Shown: positions 9,611-17,625 of the stretch, in pieces
Numbering within the stretch: position 1 is the stretch's first letter
Layout of the letters: each line of letters opens with the position of its first letter
NCBI GenBank assembly: GCA_964220295.1
Contig: CAXPUM010000015.1
Coordinates: 7,761-71,760, forward strand
DNA length: 64,000 bases
DNA from: Flavobacteriaceae bacterium
Lineage (GTDB): Bacteria; Bacteroidota; Bacteroidia; Flavobacteriales; Flavobacteriaceae
Direction of reading: 5' to 3'
The notes under the pieces: generated by a model
Seen by the model: only the letters and a program-made list of their open reading frames with translations
Databases searched by the model: none
Told to the model about the DNA's origin: nothing
Made by a program: the position numbers and the translations under genes

Positions 9611-11506
9611 TTACTGGTTAGGGTTTCTAACAATTAAAGGGTTGTTGTTTAATATATCCTGACCAATTTCTGAATAATAATTTCCTAATCTAAAGCGATC
9701 TGCTCCTGTAGCACGTCCAGGCTTACGAACTCTAAAGGTCCATTCCCCATCGTCGGCGCTTCCAGGATCACTAATCTTATAAGGCCATAATCCCCAAGGT
9801 TGTGTTAACCTGTCGGTTACATCGCAAACATCTGAAGTTACTTCCTGTTCGGTCATTGGTACACCATCCATTACAATATGAGCAATTCTCCATCTCTTCA
9901 GATCAAAGAAATACAGACCTTCAAAGGCAAATTCAACGAAACGCTCGTGAGCAATCTTATCAAAAGTGATATCAGCCGGTGTTAACTCGGTAGTAATTCC
10001 TGCCCGTGAACGAACCTGATTCATATATTCTGCTGAAAGGTCTGTCTGGCCTAATTCAAAAGCAGCTTCCGCAGCATTTAGCAATACTTCAGCATAACGA
10101 TAACGGATAAACCATACGTCACTTTGAACTCCTCTTTGTCCAGATCCAGCTTTTGGATCCTGATACTTACGGATGTAAAATCCAGTTTGTGCTGTGAATT
10201 CTAAACCGTCTATAGGACCGTCAAATCCAACCACCTGCTCCTGACCATTCGACCCAGGAAATTCTTTTTGCTGCCCCCTGGAATCTCCAGAAACGATTGA
10301 TCCATCTGGCAATATTACTCCAGCCCAAATATCAACCGCTCTTCCTTTGAATGTAGAGCCCGGCACGATCACCGTACCTTCCAGACGCGCATCACGCCCA
10401 TCAAAAAGATCATCCGGATTTTCGTAAGAAATATAGTTCCCCGAACCATCTGTGATTGGCAATGGCTCGCATTCTCCTTCTAAAGTTTCAAAAGCTTCCA
10501 CTAAGCTAAGTGAAGGGTTAATTCTACCTCCTTCTTCCTCTTCTGCGCCATAACGTGGCTGGTTGGCAATTGTGAACCCGTGAACTTTTCCACTTTGAAG
10601 CTTGTAATCTTCTACGAAAATTGCTTCCGGGTTGTTTGATTTATCATAAAACAGACTTGCAAAGTTTTCCGAAAGACCAGGCTTCTTAGTATATAACGAA
10701 TAATTACCGGCCTCACCGTTTATGATTGCTTGTGCAGCAGTAAGTGCTGTTTGATAATATCCTTCTGCTCTGGAAGCAGGAATACCTACTTCTTCACCAG
10801 GTAAAGAAACCGATGGCGTAGTTTGCCCGTAATTAGCGATGGAACCCGCGTATAGAGCAGCTCTTGCTTCCATCGCCAGAGCAGCACCTTTGGTAGCTCT
10901 TGATTTAGAATTCGCATCGACAGGTAAAATATCCTTTATCGCTTCGGCTTCACTGATCACGAAATCATAGATTGCTGCTTCAGTTTCTCTAGGATGCTGA
11001 AGGTAAGATGGATCACCACTAAAATCGTAAGTTTCACTTTCTAGAATCAATGGAACTCCTCCCATTCTTTTCACCAAAGTGAAATAATAGGAAGCTCTTA
11101 AAAAGCGTGCCTCCGCCAGAAATCTTGTTTTATCAGTTTCATCCAATCCTTCTGAAGCCTGAAGGCGTTCCATGAAAAGATTCATTTCACGGATGTAACC
11201 GTAATCCCAGGTTCCCCAATCACCATAACCGCGATCGGTATTTTCAAAATGACCGTAGCGTCCGGCTTCAGACCAGTATGCTACGTTAAAATCTGCCACA
11301 CTAGGCCAGTCTTCCAATCTTCCGAAGTCATAGTAACGGTTATAGAAATCTGCCAGGATAGACAATGGCAATTCCGGATCACTAAAGATCTGGTCCTGCG
11401 TTAAAATATTGGTAGGCTCCCGGTCTAAAAATTCACTGTCTGATGTACAGCTACCGGCCAGCACCGCCATTATCATTAATATTGATATATGTTTTTTCAT
11501 TTTCAT
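9611..11506 (-). CDS. SusD/RagB family nutrient-binding outer-membrane lipoprotein (pair 1)
   Basis: 631 aa with lipobox AGSCTSD. It has TPR-like SusD signatures (RFLRASYYF, YAEVLLNAAEA) and starts 5 nt after the SusC stop. Confidence 0.9.
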   Translation of the reverse strand: MKMKKHISILMIMAVLAGSCTSDSEFLDREPTNILTQDQIFSDPELPLSILADFYNRYYDFGRLEDWPSVADFNVAYWSEAGRYGHFENTDRGYGDWGTWDYGYIREMNLFMERLQASEGLDETDKTRFLAEARFLRASYYFTLVKRMGGVPLILESETYDFSGDPSYLQHPRETEAAIYDFVISEAEAIKDILPVDANSKSRATKGAALAMEARAALYAGSIANYGQTTPSVSLPGEEVGIPASRAEGYYQTALTAAQAIINGEAGNYSLYTKKPGLSENFASLFYDKSNNPEAIFVEDYKLQSGKVHGFTIANQPRYGAEEEEGGRINPSLSLVEAFETLEGECEPLPITDGSGNYISYENPDDLFDGRDARLEGTVIVPGSTFKGRAVDIWAGVILPDGSIVSGDSRGQQKEFPGSNGQEQVVGFDGPIDGLEFTAQTGFYIRKYQDPKAGSGQRGVQSDVWFIRYRYAEVLLNAAEAAFELGQTDLSAEYMNQVRSRAGITTELTPADITFDKIAHERFVEFAFEGLYFFDLKRWRIAHIVMDGVPMTEQEVTSDVCDVTDRLTQPWGLWPYKISDPGSADDGEWTFRVRKPGRATGADRFRLGNYYSEIGQDILNNNPLIVRNPNQ

Positions 11507-11511
11507 AATTT

Positions 11512-14500
11512 TTAGATAGAGAGATTGATTCCCACGTTCACGAATTTGTTCTGCGGATATTGCAATCCGTTAGTATCATTCACCTCCGGATCAATTCCGT
11601 ACTGCTGAAGATTGTCTATAGAGAACAGGTTGTAAGCATTTACGTAAAAACGCGCTCTCTGCAATTTCAATTTGTCCAGAAGACCATCTCCAAGAGAATA
11701 ACCAAGTTCCAGCGTTCGCGCTCTCAGGTATGTCACGTTATGCAACCAGAATGTTGAATTCTTATTGTAATTACTATGACCACCGTTGTTGTATCTCAAA
11801 GCAGGGTACTTTCCTGGAATCCATTCGCTGTTAGGATCAAATGTGTCTGCACGATGCCATCTGTCAAGAAAAATCTCATTTAGTGCTCCACCATTCTGAA
11901 ACGGAATTCTAGTTTCCCATTCCTGGTTCCAAGAATATCCTGATGCGCCGGAGAAATCGGCAGATAAATCAAAATTCTTATAGGCAACCTGGAAACTCAA
12001 CCCAAAGTTGATCAGCGGATTGTAGTTATTGTATCCAATAGGTCTTTCATCATAACCGTCTATTCTTCCATCCTGATTGATATCCTTATAAATGATATCT
12101 CCAGGCAATAAGGTACGGTTTCCACGACCATCAATATCTACAGGATAGTTATTAATCTCTTCCTGAGACTGGAATTGTCCAATTGCCTCGTAACCCCAGA
12201 AGATAGTATTGTAACGATCTTCACTAGAGGACCTGTATCGATCCCAGGAGTTGTTAAATCTAGGTTTGTATGAAGAAATAAATTTACTTCTTGTAAGAGA
12301 GGCATTACCTGAAACATTGAAGGAAACATCTCCAAAATTTGTATTATAGCTCAGAGCGCCTTCCACACCGAACTGTGCATCTGAATTTACGTTTTCGTCC
12401 GGAAGACCGTAACCCAATTCGTTTGGCAGTAAAATATCATATTTACGACCTCTTAAACCAGTTCTTAACCTGTAGAAGTAATCAAACGTGGCAGAAAGTT
12501 TTCCGTCGAAAAAATACGCATCCAACCCAATATCTGTGATTTTAGATTTAAACCAGGTGATATTGGTAATTGGCTGGCCCTTATCACGGCTGGCAATAAC
12601 CGGCTGCCCATCAAGAATGGCAACTCCCTGGTTGTAGTTATATCCAGTTAAGTAATCAAAAGCTCCAATTCCAATATTATCATCTCCGAGAACCCCGTAA
12701 GAAGCACGGATTTTCAGGTTGTCCAGAACTTTTGAATCTCCAAGCCAGTCTTTCATAAACTGTTCTTCTGTGATTCGCCAACCTCCGGAAACAGACGGGA
12801 AGTAACCCACTCGTTGATCTGGAGCAAATTTCCAGGAAGCATCTCGTCTTCCTGAAAAACTTAGATAATACTTGTCGCGATAGTTGTAAGAGATCTGCCC
12901 AATGTAACCAATTCTGGCTTCCTCACTTTCGCTATCATCATACGTATCAACATCTGAGAAGTAAATAAGCGGTAAAACATTTGTTTGTGGAACCGAGTGA
13001 ACCCAGTTTCTCAAATATTTCGCTTCTTGACGCTCAACAATGAACATGGCATCTATATTATGATCCCCAAAGCTTTCCTTATAATGAAGCTGTCCCTGGT
13101 ATATATTTCTTAAGACTTTATTTTGCTCACGCTCTCTCCAAGGATTTGTACTACCACCGGTAACATTATAGGTGTCATTTTGTGCATCATATGTATAAGC
13201 TTCATAAGTATATTCGTGACCATTCATTAAGTGATCAGCGATATAATAGGAATACATACCTTTCAGATTTAGACCTTTTAGGAAAGGCAGGTCATATTCT
13301 GCAGTGAAATTTGTTTGAAGTACTCTCCAGGTATCCCGCTTGTAACCTCCCGTTTCAAAATTATGAAGAGCCCAGTTCGTTTCATTATGTCCTATATCAT
13401 TTAGATATTCAGGATTATCATTGGCATAAGGTCTTTCATAAGGCCTGTTCCGTAAAATGGCAAATCTAGGAAGCCAGTAATCATCAAATCCAGGAATTCC
13501 TGGGTTTTCCCTTTTTTCTATTCGCCCATTTATTTGAACTCCAACCTTTAACCGGTCGGTAATATTCGCATTTACGTTACTTTGAATATTGCTACGCTCA
13601 AATCGAAATTCATCACCAAGAACAGATTCTTGCTTTAAGTTGGTAGCCGAAAGGTAATAGTTGATATCTTCTGATCCACCGGATGCATTCACATTCAAAT
13701 TTCTAAGTGGAGCATTCTTTTTAATAATAAAATCCTTCCAGTTAAATGATTTATAACCGTTCTCTTCTCCAACCCGGTATTTCTCCAATTCTTCCGGAGT
13801 AATATTGGTTGAACCATTCTGATTTACTTCAGCTTCGGCTACAAGTTTTTGATACGTATAAGAATCGGTTACAGGATTTGGGAATCTTGACCAGTTTTGC
13901 CATCCTACATACGAATCAACGCTTACGGTACTTTTAGAATTCTTTTTACCTTTTTTTGTGGTTACAACCACAACTCCGTTTGCCGCACGCACCCCGTAGA
14001 TCGCTGCGGAAGCATCCTTTAAGATAGTAATACTCTCAATATCATTTGGTGCCAGGTTATTGAATTGTCCTTCATCCTGTTGAATACCGTCAATAACATA
14101 TAATGGAGTTCCCATATTACGTATCTGGATTGCTGCACTGGCTCCCGGGCGCCCATCGGCCATCCTGAAACTTACTCCAGGAAGCTTACCGGCTAAACCG
14201 GAACTTACGGTGGAACCACCATGAACTCTTTCGAGATCATCGCTAGTGACTGTTGAAATCGCTCCAGTAATAGACTTTTTTTCCTGAGATCCATATCCCG
14301 TTACGACTACCTCATCCATAGAGGCTATATCTTCTTCCAGTTGAATAGATACTTCTGTTCGTCCATCTACAGCCACCTCAAGTGTTTTATAACCTAAATA
14401 GCTAAAAACCAAAGTGGCATCTGGTGCCGCTTCAATACTGTAGTTTCCGTCAAAATCGGTTGTTGTCCCGCGTGTGGTACCCTTAACCATCACATTAATA

Positions 14501-14652
14501 AATGGTAAAGGTTCCGAATCTTCCCCTACTGATGTGACAGTTCCTGTTATCTCTTCATCATCTTGTGCAAATCCTGTTGCAGATAGCGAAAGGAAAAACA
14601 CCAGAAAAACTACCGAAACAGGCTTTTTAAATATTAGTAGTAATGTTTTCAT
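11512..14652 (-). CDS. SusC-type TonB-dependent outer-membrane transporter (pair 1)
   Basis: 1046 aa. It has a signal peptide, a CarboxypepD_reg-like domain (ITGTVTS...INVMVKGTTRGTTTDFDGNYSI), the plug motif DEVVVTGYG and a C-terminal beta-barrel ending in aromatic-rich strands. Confidence 0.95.
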   Translation of the reverse strand: MKTLLLIFKKPVSVVFLVFFLSLSATGFAQDDEEITGTVTSVGEDSEPLPFINVMVKGTTRGTTTDFDGNYSIEAAPDATLVFSYLGYKTLEVAVDGRTEVSIQLEEDIASMDEVVVTGYGSQEKKSITGAISTVTSDDLERVHGGSTVSSGLAGKLPGVSFRMADGRPGASAAIQIRNMGTPLYVIDGIQQDEGQFNNLAPNDIESITILKDASAAIYGVRAANGVVVVTTKKGKKNSKSTVSVDSYVGWQNWSRFPNPVTDSYTYQKLVAEAEVNQNGSTNITPEELEKYRVGEENGYKSFNWKDFIIKKNAPLRNLNVNASGGSEDINYYLSATNLKQESVLGDEFRFERSNIQSNVNANITDRLKVGVQINGRIEKRENPGIPGFDDYWLPRFAILRNRPYERPYANDNPEYLNDIGHNETNWALHNFETGGYKRDTWRVLQTNFTAEYDLPFLKGLNLKGMYSYYIADHLMNGHEYTYEAYTYDAQNDTYNVTGGSTNPWREREQNKVLRNIYQGQLHYKESFGDHNIDAMFIVERQEAKYLRNWVHSVPQTNVLPLIYFSDVDTYDDSESEEARIGYIGQISYNYRDKYYLSFSGRRDASWKFAPDQRVGYFPSVSGGWRITEEQFMKDWLGDSKVLDNLKIRASYGVLGDDNIGIGAFDYLTGYNYNQGVAILDGQPVIASRDKGQPITNITWFKSKITDIGLDAYFFDGKLSATFDYFYRLRTGLRGRKYDILLPNELGYGLPDENVNSDAQFGVEGALSYNTNFGDVSFNVSGNASLTRSKFISSYKPRFNNSWDRYRSSSEDRYNTIFWGYEAIGQFQSQEEINNYPVDIDGRGNRTLLPGDIIYKDINQDGRIDGYDERPIGYNNYNPLINFGLSFQVAYKNFDLSADFSGASGYSWNQEWETRIPFQNGGALNEIFLDRWHRADTFDPNSEWIPGKYPALRYNNGGHSNYNKNSTFWLHNVTYLRARTLELGYSLGDGLLDKLKLQRARFYVNAYNLFSIDNLQQYGIDPEVNDTNGLQYPQNKFVNVGINLSI

Positions 14653-15050
14653 TGAAATTCATTTAAAAAAATTTAAGTTTTTGGTTAATTGATTTTTAAC
14701 ATCTTTTAAAGATGCGGTTGCTTTTTAAGTGCTCATCTCTTCGAAATTTTACTAAATCGATATAGTTATTAAATCAATAATTTAAAAACCGATCGATTAG
14801 CGATAGTTTAATAAATCATTTAAATTTTTAAGGATTTGATTGGTTAAGCAATGTAATTGAAGACTGCGAAATTTGTTCATCTCATTGTCTCAATTTTTAT
14901 TCGAAACCGGTCAAACTCTAACTAAAAGTTAAATTTTAATAGAGTTTGACGCGATTTATCGAAACTTGCAACAAAATAAACAGATGTGTCTCTTATCTAG
15001 AATCTATAAAGATTTGAAATTGAGAACTACCTCTTTCGAGTTCTATGAAT
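14295..15050. repeat. Copy A of a ~0.75-kb direct duplication: first ~115 SusC codons, the full upstream regulatory region and a fossil of the HTCS 5' end
   Basis: It aligns colinearly with 20250-21005 at an offset of exactly 5955 nt from the ATG out to at least 14782. For example, 14581-14652 versus 20536-20607 differ at 2 of 72 positions. Confidence 0.9.
14745..14782 (-). promoter_or_regulatory. Candidate promoter/operator block upstream of SusC-1; 38 nt identical to 20700-20737
   Basis: The block AATTTTACTAAATCGATATAGTTATTAAATCAATAATT contains the direct repeat TAAATCGATA-N7-TAAATCAATA. It lies 93-130 nt upstream of the SusC ATG. Confidence 0.3.
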
Positions 15051-15110
15051 TTATACCTATTGGATATAAATTAGCGGTTTTGTTTCAGTGATACTATGAA
15101 ATCACTTAAC

Positions 15111-15899
15111 CTATTGCTTTTCAAAAGAAATTGATTTTTCCCGAAGATTTACAGTAATAAGATAATCTCCAGCAGTCTCCTCAGTTACTTTCCATTTATT
15201 ATCTGGTCCGCCACAGCCATTGATCACAAAACCATCACTTTCGGTGATACTTTTATTTGCTTCCGAAGCGTATAACCATTCTCCATTACACCAGTCTCCA
15301 ACGAACGTTGCAATCTTAAATGCTCCTTCACCATTAGCTGCGAGTGGTCCAGTATAAGTAAATATCGCCGGGTCATTTGGATCCTGAGTCATAGCTTCAG
15401 ATGCTGAAGGGTTCCATCCTGCAAGGGTCGCATCTCCAACAAGACCTAAATAATCATATCTTTTGAAATCATTTAGCTGCAACTTGAAATTAAAATTGTT
15501 GGAATTGGAATTAACATCAGTTAACGTAATCTTGACATCATATAAATAATCAGTGGACAGATTTGAAAATGTTACACTTTTATGTTCTAACTTATATTTG
15601 AAATTTTTAATTGACATTGTTTCAACAACATTAGATGCCGAATCAACTTCGATTAAAACCTCATTAAGCCCAACATTATCCGCAATAATCATATTTAACT
15701 TATAACCCTCAGAGCTAAATTCAGATACCACTGTTTGATCCATAGAAATGCCATCTACAGAGATGGTGGGCACTCTATTATCTTCCACACCATCATCATT
15801 ATTACAACTTATTACACTGAATATCAAAACGACTAATACAAGGTATCGCATAACCTCATTGATCATATTGCCGCATAACGTAATTTTATAATTTTTCAT
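15111..15899 (-). CDS. SusE/SusF-like surface glycan-binding lipoprotein
   Basis: 262 aa. The C-terminal region LGLVGDATLAGWNP...AIFTYTGPL...GAFKI...W matches the SusE/SusF-type module. A more plausible start is M17 (nt 15851), which gives the lipoprotein signal MRYLVLVVLIFSVISC. Confidence 0.7.
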   Translation of the reverse strand: MKNYKITLCGNMINEVMRYLVLVVLIFSVISCNNDDGVEDNRVPTISVDGISMDQTVVSEFSSEGYKLNMIIADNVGLNEVLIEVDSASNVVETMSIKNFKYKLEHKSVTFSNLSTDYLYDVKITLTDVNSNSNNFNFKLQLNDFKRYDYLGLVGDATLAGWNPSASEAMTQDPNDPAIFTYTGPLAANGEGAFKIATFVGDWCNGEWLYASEANKSITESDGFVINGCGGPDNKWKVTEETAGDYLITVNLREKSISFEKQ

Positions 15900-15911
15900 A
15901 ATAGTTAGTTT

Positions 15912-17615
15912 TTAATAACCAGGATTTTGTACTAGCTGTGGATTTACGTTGAGCACTCTTTCTGCAATTGGGAATATCTGCAAATGGGTGTCTCCACCAT
16001 CAGATTCTTTATCCCACCAATCTGCAGTAGTAAATTTATTGAACCTAATAAGGTCTGTTCTTCTTCGCCCTTCTCCAATAAATTCTCTACCCCATTCATC
16101 CAATAATTCTTGAGTAGTAATATCTCCAGCAGTATATAAACTTTCTGATCCAGAAGGAAAATATCGTTGCCTTACTAAGTTTAAAACTCTTGCTGCTTCA
16201 GGAGCATCTCCTGTTCTAAATCTACATTCAGCCAACATATAGTATACTTCTGCTAAACGTATTTCTACAAAGTCTGACTCTATTTTATTTGGAGAATCAT
16301 CTGAATAGAATGGGTACTTTACTAATCTAATACCTGAATTCTCGTCGGCAGTAAGCATGGTAGATGTAGCACCAGTGAGTTGTTCTTCAGGAGCCAGTCC
16401 CTGGAAAGGACCCACCTGATCTCTTAAATAAATACGGTAGGAACCATCCTTGGACATGACATAATTTTCCCCGTCATTATAAGGTAAGTAGCCCCACAAA
16501 AACATTCCTTCTCTAGCAGATAAATCTGTGTTTTTATATTTTAAAAGGCGAATGTCATCTGGATATCTCTCAAATTTCACAAATGGTTTACCCTGCGTAA
16601 ATGAGTATTCATTACCAGACAAATCTTTACCAGGCTGTAGCGCAAATTTAGGGTTTGAAGTACCGAATGCTGTGAAATTGAAATAGGCGTTTGCATTGGC
16701 GGGAAACTGCCACCAAAACATTCCTCCAGTGTAATGCCAGTGAGTTCTTGTAAATGATCCTGGAAAGGCAAATATTGTCCCGGAGCTCTTATTATTATCA
16801 TAGTCGAAAGGTGCATCCCATCTAGACTCCAATTGATAATCGCCATATTTACCATCAACAATATCCTGGGTAATACTGGCGCACTCTTCAAATTTCTGCT
16901 CTCCAATATACACTTCAGCATTTAAATAAAGTCTAGCCAGTAGTGTCATGGCAGCGGCTTTTGTCCATCTCCCGTCAAATTCCTCTGTTCCCTCGTCCCC
17001 TTTAGCTAAAAGTGAAGGCACAGATTCCAATATCTCTGTTTCAATAAAATCGAAAGTTTCTTGAGGAGTAGATTGAGCAACTGCCTCGGTTACACCTTTA
17101 ACCGCGGTCACGAGCTGAATATTTCTATAAAAATCATACAACCGCAAATAATACCATGCTCGCAAAACTCTAAGTTCTGAAATAAGTTGAGATTGCTCTT
17201 CTACAGACATATTTACCGTAGTAGGATCTAAAGCTTGAATATCCTCAAGGCTGTTTGTTGCTAAAACAATTCCAGAATACAGATTTTGCCAGGCTCCACC
17301 CACAAAATTATCATCTGTATTCCAGGTATGATTATGTAATCTGACAAACTTCCCTCCATCAAACCAATCTGCCCCGCGTGTTGGTGTCATTAATTGATCA
17401 CCAGTATCTTCCTGCATTTCATATTGGTCGCCCTGAACCGTCCAATAACCATGTTCGAAGGATCGAAGAAACGTACGGTAAACATCGTCTTTAGTCTGAA
17501 TAAAGTTTTCTGATGTTACCCGGTCATATAGCTCCTCATCCAAATTGGTACATCCATTACAAAAAAGTATGATTGAAAAGATGAGCCCTGTCTTAATTTT
17601 ATAAAATTTACTCAT
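15912..17615 (-). CDS. SusD/RagB family lipoprotein (pair 2)
   Basis: 567 aa with lipobox FCNGCTN. It has the SusD-like motifs RAWYYLRLYDFY and RLAEVYYMLAEC and starts 10 nt after the SusC-2 stop. Confidence 0.9.
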   Translation of the reverse strand: MSKFYKIKTGLIFSIILFCNGCTNLDEELYDRVTSENFIQTKDDVYRTFLRSFEHGYWTVQGDQYEMQEDTGDQLMTPTRGADWFDGGKFVRLHNHTWNTDDNFVGGAWQNLYSGIVLATNSLEDIQALDPTTVNMSVEEQSQLISELRVLRAWYYLRLYDFYRNIQLVTAVKGVTEAVAQSTPQETFDFIETEILESVPSLLAKGDEGTEEFDGRWTKAAAMTLLARLYLNAEVYIGEQKFEECASITQDIVDGKYGDYQLESRWDAPFDYDNNKSSGTIFAFPGSFTRTHWHYTGGMFWWQFPANANAYFNFTAFGTSNPKFALQPGKDLSGNEYSFTQGKPFVKFERYPDDIRLLKYKNTDLSAREGMFLWGYLPYNDGENYVMSKDGSYRIYLRDQVGPFQGLAPEEQLTGATSTMLTADENSGIRLVKYPFYSDDSPNKIESDFVEIRLAEVYYMLAECRFRTGDAPEAARVLNLVRQRYFPSGSESLYTAGDITTQELLDEWGREFIGEGRRRTDLIRFNKFTTADWWDKESDGGDTHLQIFPIAERVLNVNPQLVQNPGY

Positions 17616-17625
17616 TGTGTTCTTT

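Noticed and set aside
14474-14692. 72-aa plus-strand ORF with a near-identical twin at 20429-20647, which looks like a conserved small gene
   Set aside because: Both lie antisense to the duplicated SusC 5' ends and leaders. Their conservation follows trivially from the DNA duplication. The sequence is low-complexity and the ORF crosses the SusC start codon.
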